Assembly (NCBI RefSeq): GCF_964204645.1
Contig: NC_134027.1
Coordinates: forward strand, 25,258,560-25,322,559
Direction of reading: 5' to 3'
From: Tubulanus polymorphus
Lineage: Eukaryota > Animalia > Nemertea
DNA: 64,000 nucleotides
Of the stretch, positions 1 to 12,800 are shown in pieces. The position numbers and the translations under genes were made by a program. Under the pieces are notes generated by a model. That model saw only the letters and a list, made by a program, of their open reading frames with translations. It did no database searches and had not been told where the DNA came from. Every line of letters starts with the position of its first letter. Positions within the stretch are counted from its first letter, which is position 1.

Positions 1-101
1 AGACCCGGCCGCTATAGAAATGAACTGTTTATAAATTTTATCATATTTTACAAAAATGACCCGGCCGCTGCGGAGAAACAAGGTATCATTTTTGTTTAGC
101 C
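1..101. mobile_element. Right end of a Tourist/PIF-Harbinger-like MITE (same family as 55981-56202)
   Basis: Nearly identical to 56102-56202. Ends ...TTTAGCC followed by TTA (102-104). Confidence 0.8.
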
Positions 102-2048
102 TTATGACTACTGTTGTGGACCTGGGTCCGGATCTAAATTTTAACTCTGAACCCTGTGGCGCTGGGTCAAAAGAGTAATATGTGAAGAAGATCTTGTTTA
201 TAGCTAATAAACTAACAGGGCATTGAGTCCTATTTTGGATATATTGAAAAATAAATGTATATTCAGAAAATGTCATTGTATTTGTCTTAGTGTCGTTGGT
301 GGGAAAGTTTTTGATTTGAGGAGGTTAAAATGGAATAGAATGGTGTGCTAGTGGAAAAACTTAAGTATTCTCGCCGTCGTCTCTTTGTCAAATTCTCGTG
401 TGGAGACTGAGCGCACAGAACCGCTATTGCGAACATTTTTGTGACGTAACATGACCAAACTTAGACGAGAAGATACACAATATCCGTGTATGATGATCGA
501 GAGAAATCCCACAATAACGAAGCCAAGATTGAAAAATTCTACATCAATTGATTACATTTGAGGAGTGACGGTTAGCCATCATCATGAAAGTAAAAACTGC
601 AAAGATTATTAAATGAATCGTAAACGGTGTCATTTAAAAGGCAGGAGGGCTTATAAACCATCCTAAACGAATCATACACTGTCACCCTACCCTGCCCCCC
701 TCAATTTCCATAATTAATTCAACCAAACTTTGAAGACACACTGCCGTAGTTTGAACGTTTATTCGAGGAAAAAGCTGCAGAATAGAATGGAAGATCATAC
801 ACGTTCGATTAAAATGCGTTGATGCCTAGGAGTTATACTGGGAGTTAGCTTTGATTATATAGCTAGCCATCGATTACTCAATAATTCATCTATTACAACA
901 GAAATGTAAGCAGTAGTGTGACACAAAAGACAGGCGAATACCCTGCAGATCAAAGCGCTTATCGGTACGGATCGTTTTCGAGTTGCGAAATCGTGGCCGA
1001 GTCGTATTTTTAAACGAGGAACCCAAATTGTGGTCGTGGCATCACGGTGGTATCTCGATATCATTTTAGTTGACCCCGGTCTCCGGTATAGTTCATGCTC
1101 AATGCGAGCAGGAATAATCCTGCCGTGACTACTCATGCGCAGTCTATAGATTGACCAGATATGTCGGTTTTGGATTGTTCTGGTACAAACCAGTTTGGCG
1201 ATGTACGACAAAAGGTCACGTTATTGTCACGCGGTGACGGCTGCGGGCTCAGTTCTGTACGCGAGAATTTTACGATGAAACATCGTGTGAAATACCTCTG
1301 GTTTTTTCCTAGGAGACTTGAGTCTTGACTTATATAGCTAGCCATCGATTACTCAATAATTGATCTCACCCCTTCTATCGACTTCATCAACTCCCAATAT
1401 GCATCTTCGAAATTCACTTGTTAATGGGGATAAAATGACCAAATTCCGTTTTTAGATGTTCTAGTTCATAATAAATATTCTCATTTGATTTCCTCGGTCT
1501 ACCGTAAACCTGCTATAAGTAGTAAAGGAAAAATAATGCAAGTAGGATCCAGAATGAGTGGGTTTCGTTCGACGCTAGCTCTCTGTTTACCAATGTCACT
1601 CTCGCGCCTACCTTGGATTTTCTCAAACGTAAACTTCCCTCGTTGGACTTCAATTATGATATTCCTACTGATCGTATCATTGAATTAATTGGAATTAGCG
1701 CTCAGAACCCCTTTTTCAGTTTTAATAATTCATATTTTGAACAGGTCTTTGGCATGTCCACGGGGAACCCCCTTAGCCCCATTTTAGCAAATTTATTTGA
1801 TGTGTTGATGACGTTCTTGAACTTATTCCTTGCGATTTTGATATTGATTTATTTCTCTCATTCATAACTCTTTTTACCCCGATCGTTGAACTTCACATTT
1901 GAATTGGAAGTTGATGTGATCAGAGGAATCTAAATGATCCGTCCTCCACAAATCGGCCTGCATCCACCCGGACATCACACTTCTGCACATGGATCCAGCT
2001 CGCTTTAGACATTCACCGCTTTGTAATATTTTTTTTTTTGATCGTCCA
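102..2048 (+). repeat. Local duplication, copy 1 (may begin upstream of the window)
   Basis: Near-identical to 3566-5510 at an offset of about 3464. The copies diverge after ...gatcgtcca. Confidence 0.93.
1430..1910 (+). mobile_element. Degenerate, rearranged Penelope-like reverse transcriptase fragment
   Basis: Motifs IPFLDVLV, SVYRKP, VSFDASSLFTNV, YFEQVFGMSTGNPLSPILANLF and LNFTFELE are spread over frameshifted frames and out of order. Confidence 0.85.
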
Positions 2049-2522
2049 GTTAACGATTGGGAAATTGGAGTTGGTCATGTCTGAGTAAGGCAAGGTTTAC
2101 TGTAGAATTGGCTCAACTGCACATACGCTCCTTGGAATTTGCTCCGTGCATCCTCCCTCGAAGAGATAAAAATCATGGTTGAATCCCATGATGCCAAATC
2201 CTGTGAGTGAAGAATGTGGCCAGAGTCTCATTATGGCATCAGGTTCAAATCCCAGCGAGTGAGCAATGTGGTAGTCTCATCGAATCCTTGCCGAGGCACA
2301 GTAATGCATGCACGATTTTTGGTTATATTTTGGTATCGAAATCATATAATTATTCTTTATAAATTATTATTGATATCATACGCGTTGATTGGTTATCGAA
2401 TATTTACATTTTAACTTGTACTTGTGTAAAGTCTATTTTCGACAGAAAAGTCCGGACCCTAGTTCCGCAGTTGTTGGCTTTAAGAAAATGTAGTTCAGTA
2501 ATGTTCATATCGGCTTACTTAA

Positions 2523-2791
2523 CCCTTTCAGTGCGTCTACATCGCAGTGCGGTGTATAAATCAGTGATAGATTTTGCTAGTACACAGCACTGCGGTGTAT
2601 TGATGTAATTAGTAGTTATCTCTCTTGAAAAATGGCAGCACCTGTCAAACATAGTGAAATACTAGTAACTAACGATACACTGCACCGCAGTGTAGGGTAT
2701 CCTTGTTATTAAACATACTAGAGTAGAATTTTTCAAAATTTTCAAATTATCTCTAGCACTATAGGGTATTAATTAGTCAGCACTGAAAGGG
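2523..2791. mobile_element. piggyBac-type MITE
   Basis: TIR CCCTTTCAGTGC / GCACTGAAAGGG with TTAA on both sides (2519-2522, 2792-2795). Nested inside the inverted repeats of another element (about 2455-2830). A diverged inverted copy lies at about 52668-52890. Confidence 0.85.
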
Positions 2792-3565
2792 TTAACCAGG
2801 TTAAAAGCCACAACTGTGGAACTGGGTCTAGCGTCTTTAGATTGTGCTCCTCCAGTAGAGAAATCATCTGCTTCTTTCGCTTGTATTCTTTCTGCTTTTG
2901 GAATTTTCTGGCAATTCTTCCGACACTGCGATGGCTGGAAGACTCTGTGCACGAGGAAATGTCGACTTCATCATAAAATTTCCACTGACACCACCTTTGA
3001 TTCATATCTTGCGTCTGCCACCCTTCTGGAGGAGCGCGAGCGAAAGTAGTCCATGATTCGATACTTTTGACCTCTCTAGGTATTTAAGTTTAATCGCTTT
3101 AAGAGTTTATATCCAGGTCAGCAGATAATTGAAAAATATATCGAATATGTTTTATTTCAAATTCTCAACAACTGTTAATAAAGCGCACCTTGATATAGTA
3201 TATTTGTTCAAAGCGATTCATGAGAATTGTATAATTTGCGAATACAAATGTATTCCGATATTTCAACTACCAGTGATGCGGTGGTGTTAACCGGTACCAG
3301 GGCCCATGAAAAGGTTTTCGATCTTTTCTTCATAAGTTTTGTTTATTTTGAGTTCTGGGTCCAGTTCCTCAGTGGTCGTTTGATTTTGACTTGCTATAAG
3401 AACATCGAAAATCTAGTTACACGTTCTGAGCTTAGAATTTCACTCTACTGATGTCTTATTGAAAATTAATTACTTTAATCAAGAGTTTACTTTTGTTTTC
3501 TGATTCCATTGCCACAGATCGTTCAAAGAAAACTAAACTTGAATTATTACTAAAAAAAACTTGTA

Positions 3566-5510
3566 TTATGACTACTGTTGTGGACCTGGGTCCGGATCTA
3601 AATTTTAACTCTGAACCCTGTGGCGCTGGGTCAAAAGAGTAATATGTGAAGAAGATCTTGTTTATAGCTAATAAACTAACAGGGCATTGAGTCCTATTTT
3701 GGATATATTGAAAAATAAATGTATATTCAGAAAATGTCATTGTATTTGTTTTAGTGTCGTTGGTGGGAAAGTTTTTGATTTGAGGAGGTTAAAATGGAAT
3801 AGAATGGTGTGCTAGTGGAAAAACTTAAGTATTCTCGCCGTCGTCTCTTTGTCAAATTCTCGTGTGGAGACTGAGCGCACAGAACCGCTATTGCGAACAT
3901 TTTTGTGACGTAACATGACCAAACTTAGACGAGAAGATACACAATATCCGTGTATGATGATCGAGAGAAATCCCACAATAACGAAGCCAAGATTGAAAAA
4001 TTCTACATCAATTGATTACATTTGAGGAGTGACGGTTAGCCATCCTCATGAAAGTTAAAACTGCAAAGATTATTAAATGAATCGTAAACGGTGTCATTTA
4101 AAAGGCAGGAGGGCTTATAAACCATCCTAAACGAATCATACACTGTCACCCTACCCTGCCCCCCTCAATTTCCATAATTAATTCAACCAAACTTTGAAGA
4201 CACACTGCCGTAGTTTGAACGTTTATTCGAGGAAAAAGCTGCAGAATAGAATGGATGATCATACACGTTCGATTAAAATGCGTTGATGCCTAGGTTTGAT
4301 ACTGGGAGTCGGCTTTGATTATATAGCTAGCCATCGATTACTCAATAATTCATTTATTACAACAGAAATATAAGCAGTAGTGTGACACAAAAGACAGGCG
4401 AATACCCTGCAGATCAAAGCGCTTATCGGTACGGATCGTTTTCGAGTTGCGAAATCGTGGCCGAGTCGTATTTTTAAACGAGGAACCCAAATTGTGGTCG
4501 TGGCATCACGGTGGTATCTCGATATCATTTTAGTTGACCCCGGTCTTCGATAATTCATGCTCAATGCGAGCAGGAATAATCCTGCCGTGACTACTCATGC
4601 GCAATCTACAGATTGACCAGATATGTCGCTTTTGGATTGTTCTGGTACAAACCAGTTTGGCGATGTACGACAAAAGGTCACGTTATTGTCACGCGGTGAC
4701 GGCTGCGGGCTCAGTTCTGTACGCGAGAATTTTACGATGAAACATCGTGTGAAATACCTCTGGTTTTTTCCTAGGAGACTTGAGTCTTGACTTATATAGC
4801 TAGCCATCGATTAGTCGATAATTGATCTCACCCCTTCTATCGACTTCATCAACTCCCAATATCCATCTTCGAAATTCACTTGTTAATGGGGATAAAATGA
4901 CCAAATTCCGTTTTTAGATGTTCTAGTTCACAATAAATATTCTCATTTGATTTCCTCGGTCTACCGTAAACCTGCTATAAGTAGTAAAGGAAAAATAATG
5001 CAAGTAGGATCCAGAATGAGTGGGTTTCGTTCGACGCTAGCTCTCTGTTTACAAATGTCCCTCTCGCGCCTACCTTGGATTTTCTCAAACGTAAACTTCC
5101 CTCGTTGGACTTCAATTATGATATTCCTACTGATCGTATCATTGAATTAATTAAAATTAGCGCTCAGAACTCCTTTTTCAGTTTTAATAATTCATATTTT
5201 GAACAGGTCTTTGGCATGTCCACGGCGAACCCCCTTAGCCCCATTTTAGCAAATTTATTTGATGTGTTGATGACGTTCTTGAACTTATTCCTTGCGATTT
5301 TGATATCGATTTATTTCTCTCATTCATTAACTCTTTTCCCCCCCGATCGTTGAACTTCACATTTGAATTGCAAGTCGATGTTATCAGAGGAATATAAATG
5401 ATCCGTCCTCCTCAAATCGGCCTGCATCCACCCGGACATCACACTTCTGCACATGGATCCAGCTCGCTTTAGACATTCACCGCTTTGTAATATTTTTTTT
5501 TGATCGTCCA
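3566..5510 (+). repeat. Local duplication, copy 2
   Basis: Near-identical to 102-2048, with scattered substitutions and small indels. Confidence 0.93.
4895..5375 (+). mobile_element. Duplicate of the degenerate Penelope-like RT fragment
   Basis: Same motifs as 1430-1910, inside duplication copy 2. Confidence 0.85.
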
Positions 5511-6850
5511 CGCTTTACATGTGTTCAACACATTTCCCAAAACTGATCGTCCGCAATCGGTGGTAATAGGCTGTAGATTGTAGAAATTCTAAAATCAATA
5601 CCGTAAAAATATCTCTAGAAATCAAGATGATGAAAACTCCTTAGAGAAAACCAATACACATTTAATTTTTGATTGATGCAATTCTATTTGAAATCCAGAT
5701 TTTAGTTAAATGATTGAAGTTAAAAGGTAGCCGTTAAAGATAGTTGTTTGAAGTCTGTATTTTTTCTCTTAGTCACACATTTCAGGAGGAAATTCGCTGA
5801 AATAACAAAACAATCACAATATATGTATTTGTTTAAGTTAAAACATATGGTAGAAATATATAGCGATTCATCGGTTCTTGAATTGTACAAATCCACGAAA
5901 TTAAACGAGACATTTGAAAAAAGTTTGAGGTTTATATAGCTTGGTATCAAAAGTTTTGCCTGTGCATTAAACTGAAGTAAATTTATTTGAGATATTATGA
6001 AAGCGAGGCCGGACAACGGGCCAGTTCGCCATGATTGATTGATTCCGGGCCGTCTCCAATTTCATTCTTTTATCGATCATCGGGAGGTCTCTGGACTCTC
6101 CATTCCGCCGGCCGGCGAGGTTGTATAGTTGCGGAGTGGAGCCGTGCGACCAAAAAGAAGATACACGTTCAGGATAGCATTAACAGGCAACCAGTCTAGG
6201 CACAGGATAGCATTAACAGGCAACCAGTCTAGGCTCAGCAACCAGTCTATTACGCGATAGAACAGTCGTGCTCAGTCCGATTGTGCTCTTTTTTCCCCGA
6301 AATCTCCGGATATCAATCCGGACGTGATAATAAAGTCGGTCCCTTCATTCGATCATATGATAAATTATAAATCTTTTGCTGGACCCACACAGTTATGGAG
6401 TTAGTTCCATAGTTGTGAATTAGGTCTTACCATCCATAGGTCCCTTCGCCGTCGTTCTCTGGTATCTCATCGCAGAGCCCCGCTTTTTTAACAAGTCCGT
6501 GAATTGCTGATCCGGTACGGGACGGGAATCTGCAAAACATGAACCAACAATCATGAGATTAGATTAAGGCGTCTAGCTCAGTGGCATGAACGTAACCACC
6601 CCGCCACACTTAGCTATCAATATCAACACCGATTGGTCGATATATTCCCTTATTTGCATAATGACGTTGTAAATGTAAGGATAACATTTGTAAAATCATA
6701 ATCATTTATTCATTTTCTTCACATTATTTAAGTTACGTGTACCTACGTCGCGGCATACAAAAAATTGAATATGATATAGTACAGCCGGGGCCCATTACGT
6801 CACGGAGACTACAAAAAACTAATTGATAATGGCGGCTCTACCTCTCAATT

Positions 6851-9800
6851 CTAGCTCTCCGATACCTCGAAATAAATACTTGACCTGTAATGTTTTCGTA
6901 TACAAACGAACGGAATTTCATCACTACATGGACGCCACCTCTTGAGAAACTGATTATTTTGTTTATACAACGTCTTGCAATCCATCGTCGAATTTCTGTT
7001 ACCCGTGTGTTTCCAAAATTCGGCCGAACTGAAATCGAAATGAAATTTGTTGCCATAGAGACAATTGTTTACAAAGTTCTCCCCAGGTGAGAAATGATTG
7101 GTGAAGATTCATAAAACTTTTCAGGGATGGAAGCATGGGGACCTGACACTGAGTGTCGAGGAGGTAACGCCGGAGCTTCTTTATCCGGTGATAACCGCGT
7201 AAGGATATTTTACGCGTCAGGAGGTGGCGACGTCATGTTTTTGGGTAATCGGCGCTGGGTCCGCATCGTTGATTTTGTTGTCCCTACTTCCCCTCGCTTA
7301 TTTTCTTTATTTCGTTCATATCTCTGGATTGGCTTGATATAGAAACAAATTTAAAATGTATTTCAAACCCGTCGATCATATCATCATCTTTTTTTCTGAT
7401 ATAACAGTCAACCCCCGATACCGCCCACATCGGTGCAGAACAGTGGCGGTATAGAGAGTATGGCGGTATATCGGTGGTGTTTTACTATGTATTTGTATTG
7501 AGATGTACATTGAGAAAACCTGGCGGTATATCGGTGGTAATTGACACTCATTTAACAGTACAGTACTCACTAGTCGCCCATATTTCCTGTGTCCAAACAT
7601 CTAGCGCTATTCAGGAGGCTCATTCCCAATGCCAAACAGAAGTTCTCGGCTTCCTCGTATGTAACGTTCTTTGTGAATCTCTGATGAACAAGTTTCTTAC
7701 CGTTTGGTAGGTTTCCGCTAACGCAAGGTTTAGAGACTACAGTGAAATACAACTCGGATGAAAAACGAATGATGATTTGAGAAATGAACTTTTTTTTCTC
7801 GTCCTCGTATGCAGGGATTCGAACCCAATTGACGAACCGTCTAAATGGCTTGACCATTTTCCTTTCCCTTTTTACGTATTATCTAATACAATATTCAATA
7901 AATCAATAACGTTTGATGTTAAAAAAGAGATAAATAAAGAAATATTATCATCTTCGTCATTATTTGGTAATTCTCGAAGATACCGAGCTCGAATCCCTGC
8001 TAAAGAGAATGCCATGGAACTGTTAGGAAACGTACATGGCCATCCATGATTTAGCCACAAATCGCAGAGAACGGCTAGAGTCATCTGTGGAAATTTGCTT
8101 TTAGCTGCCTCAACATATGCTGCAATAAATGAAAAACGAAACACGGTTATTTGAAAAAATGATATACGCCCTAAAATATCATTTCAGGTTCAGTTGCACA
8201 GCTAGTGAGAATATTAGTACAACTATACGATTCATGTGAGTTGTATATATCGAAGTAATTTTGACACCTAAAGAGTTATGTCATAAAAGAAATATTCCTA
8301 TGTTTTAGAAAGTATTATTGTTTAGCCTAATGAACCAACCCGATCATTCTACGGCAAGTTTATCTACATCTGGCTCGAATACTACCCTAACATCTGGACC
8401 ACGCGTCTTGGCGATCACTTTTCGATCCAATTTACAATTTGTCATGACGTTTCAAAATGATTTGCTGCTTAATTTTGTGTAACGAAAATTTATCATTCGG
8501 ATGGAAATTAGAAACACCCATGAGTGTGGTAGTGACGGTGATTACGGTGCAGATGAGAGAGCGTGATCCGGGCGATAAAATTAACGAGCGATTTGCATGT
8601 CTAGGAGTATATTTGAAAGTTTAACGTCTTTTCATGGGTTTTTTTATTGAAATCTTTAGTACAGGTAGACTTAATATCAGTTATAATTTCATTGTTAATA
8701 CTATATATTAGTTGTAACGTACTTTCAGTGCATACGTCCCTCAGCCAGCGATACTGTTTTCTCAGTGGCTGGTTGAATAAGTAAACGTGTTTCACGTATC
8801 CTTCGTAATTGCCTGAACCGATCACGAGTTTACAACTTGAAGACCCACCGCCGTTGTAGGCGATGCCATCGGTGACATCTTCACAATGTTCATCTTTGCA
8901 AATCTATACAGATAATAAACATTTCGATATGGTTGATATTTTAGCTCGCTGATATTTTAGTGAACGCCATGATATGGATATTCTCAGAGCCTCCCTCATT
9001 TGGATGCTATGCATTAAAATAAAAACATCGAGGTCAATCACCGATGATACAACGACTTTTACAAGTAACTAATCGTACATTGACTCTCAGTCTGGAGAAT
9101 ATTCAAACTGTTACGAAATTACGACCTTCGCTTTAAACGTTGCTAAATAGTTTGACTTGAATGTGCCTTTAATGATCACATGGACTTCGTATAAAAGTCC
9201 CTCGAATATGAGCGTTTTGAACTTGGAGCGCAGCATTCATCATCGTAACTTAATACAAATAACATGAAGTTACTATAACTCAAAATATGCGTGGGCAGTA
9301 TATACATAATAGCAAAAGTACGTCATTATTTAGTGATTTTATAGGGGAATAATAGATTATGGAAATTCAAAAAAAAGTGCTTTAAGACATTTACGTAATT
9401 TGACCGAAGTATTTTCAGATAAATAGAATAAGGTATATGTAGCTAATTTCAGTGAACGGAAACATCAAACTCACCCGTTCTTGGCCAGTGCTGAATTTTG
9501 TCCACTCGATAAAACTCCATTCGGTTGTACGAATGCCTCTAATGGAATCGTGGGTGAGATATCCGACTTTCTTATTCAAGGAGTATATTTGCGGGTCGGT
9601 GGTCGGGTGACCGGTATCCCATGTGATCAGATTTCGTTTTACGTTATCCGAACCGTTTTTCGGCTTGAAGCAGACGAACAGCGAAAACTTCTTCTCGCAA
9701 CTATTGTGCAGGGTTAACTGAATGTAAATGAAGATCGTGAAAGTGCCACGCAGGCGATTCACTCGAAATCACAATTAATACGCGTGATAAAACGGGAAAG

Positions 9801-12800
9801 AAATCTCACAATTGTAAAGTGTGAATGGAGAAAAACTATTAAACATAGAAATCACTTAACGTATCATTTTCATTCTAGACTGATTAGGAAGTGCTTACAA
9901 CATCCGAAATATTTCTATCTATATTTCTACATTCTAGTAAACTCCAGACGAATTCAGTTGCATCATGGGGAAATTCATCATAAAACATGGCGGATAATCG
10001 ATCGAAGTAATTCTGACATATTTCTCCATTATCAAAGCCCATATTCAAGTGCCTAAATTGTTTGTAATCCAGGAAGAAAGACACTCTAAATATTTGGATG
10101 GATATATGAAAGCTGTGGGTACTGGAGTGTGTAATGGGTATTGTAGTGTGATCTGTGTGCATTTGTGGCCAGCACACAGATCACATTGTTCAATGGGGTT
10201 TGGTCCAGGACTCGCGAGATTTTCAACAACACGGAAGGAAGTAACGTGTAATAAATGATGACTTGAATTGCATGACTACCTACCACCCCTCATCATTGTT
10301 GGAAAACTAAACGTTCGGCACTGACTAAAAATTAGTAATAACATTTTAGAAATGGCCAGAATTTTAACTTAGGTTCTATCTCATTTTTATTTTACAATTG
10401 CGATTGGTATAATTTTTTTTTAAACGGCCGTTAAGGCTTCATGTTTCGTCTGCAATTCACTGCAAATAGTTACGCAACTACGCACATTTCAGTGTTTTTG
10501 GCAGCTGTACACTCAATCGGCACCGTTCGTGACTAGCTTCACTGCGGAATTATCATTAATTAACATCGCCATATCACATCATCAACTTATATTGTGCCTT
10601 AAAACCTTAACAGCCGAAATAATTGAAATGCACACACGATTTCTATCATTGAAAATTGAGAGAGTGGCCATGTTTGTGTTTGCTGCTTCGCGTAAATCCC
10701 GCACGGTGGCGCAACCGCGCGGAGTGGGGCCGATACGTCCAGTGCTTAAAAGGCCTACTCACCGAACCGTTACTAGATGCGGATAGATAAGAATATGCAT
10801 GCTTGACTGACTGATTAAACGTCACGCCTCCGCTGGCAACTATCGACTCCGTGCCAAAGTCATTTGAATATAGCGTCTCATTCGTCAACCGGAAGCCCTC
10901 GTCTGGACCTGAATCAGATAATATTTTGGCGCCTCATATATTATTAGCCCGCAAGAAATAAACACGAAATATATAGTGTGCTACTGTGTCGATTCGTCGC
11001 ATATGGCTATATACGGTTTTGGGAAACCATATTCCGTATTTCGGAGCAACGCACTCAAGTCACGAAACTTCTGTTTTAACTCACTGGTCCAACTGTCAAC
11101 TCAACACTTTCTACTCACACAAACACAGAGAAATGAAATTTAGAACGAACCAATTTAGAACCAATTTTTTGCAAATATCAAGGCTTGGGCCGTTTTAAAT
11201 TAGAACGGACTACATTCAGAACGTTCTAGATAATGAAGTGTGAACGCGGACTATGCCTTGCCGCGTGCACTGGGCTTCAAAGACGTTATGACACAATTCT
11301 GTATCAATTAATACCCGTCGAAAGCCTTCCCCTGCTAAGCGGGTTCAAACATTCAAAACTTTAAAACAGCGGATGAACGGGGCAGTAATGCACGTTTAAT
11401 TCGGATAATCGGGGCTCTAACCTTACAAATCCGCTTCATGTTTAACCACTTCTATCAGTAATACTTACACTTTGCGTGACACAAATCCATCGCTACTCTG
11501 TAACTGGTAGATACCATGACGTTGAAAAGGAAGACGTGTTTCATCAAGCCCGTAAAGTTTCCCAAAGTTACATTCATCTCGGCATTTACTGCTGCAGAGG
11601 TCGTAACGGGGGTACACGTATCGTCCAGGCATATCTCCTCAACGATGCCAGCGTCGGTTTCGTGGTGAGACCAGTGCAAAAAATACCATTCACCTGACGT
11701 CACTTTTCCCGCATCAGTACCGTCAACATAAACGTTCTTGTCGTTTAGATATATATGTTTGTCTCCCGGTGAAGTTGCGCCGTGCCAGCGAAATATAGTT
11801 TCATCCGACGATGCTGAACCATCGCGTTTGATGCACGCGTAAAAAGTGGCACGGTGAGCTGGTACCGCGGTGAAAGCCTGTAAAGGCGGGTTACTGCGGA
11901 AATCAAACGAATCAGCTTTATTGAACGCAAGCGCTCCACCTGCAGATGTCAGATTGTTACCCAGACCGGAAAAGTCTTCTAGTGTAGCGTTCATGAAGTA
12001 TGCAGCGATAGGATCTGAAAATAAAAGTCCGATTTTGTAATTTGAAATAACATATATAAAACAAATATAAACAAGAAAATTAACTTTAATAAATTATTTG
12101 ACGCCTGCGAAAAAATGTAGAATTTCTGGGATAAGCTAATGTGGAATTGCAAATTTGAAATCGAAGTTTTAAGAAATTTGGGGAATTATGAGATTTGGCG
12201 ATTGGGTAGATGATACAATCTTCGACTGGTCTAATTTAAAAAAAAATTGTCAACTTGTGACCGATTTCGATTCACTTTTGCCTCTAAGCTGGTCTGCAAC
12301 TTCATTGCCTCCATGGTTGAAGAAAGAGCTCTTCTGATGTCTGCTTCATCATGACTTCGAGCATATCGTGTAGCAAGCCGGCCCGGTCGACCGGCGGGAT
12401 CGGCCGGTTTGACTGTCACTCGATATCCTAGACTTGAGTCTGGGTTGAAGTAGACATTGTCATTTAAATAACTTATTCATGTTATTCTGTATGAATTACC
12501 CGTGTGTCTTGTATTTTGTATTTTCTTAGTTTAAAATTTGTAACTTTATTGAATTTGGGAATTTTATCCCGGAATTTCAATGAAATAAGGATCAATAAAG
12601 TATTGAATTGAATTGTCACCTTATACACATGCCATCAGTGGACGCGGAGCCGTATATGACAGTTATGCTATTATAAATTGCTTATCTCACGAAACCTGCA
12701 TACCTCTAATATCGAACATATTTTCTAAAACATTTGAATATTGAAATTATATGTTTACACGATTTTATATAGACCGCTTGTAGCCGCCGATGAAATTCAC

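Noticed and set aside
855-1345. ORFs of 118 and 70 aa, repeated at 4319-4807
   Set aside because: They recur only because of the duplication, the frames differ between copies, and no motif is recognisable.
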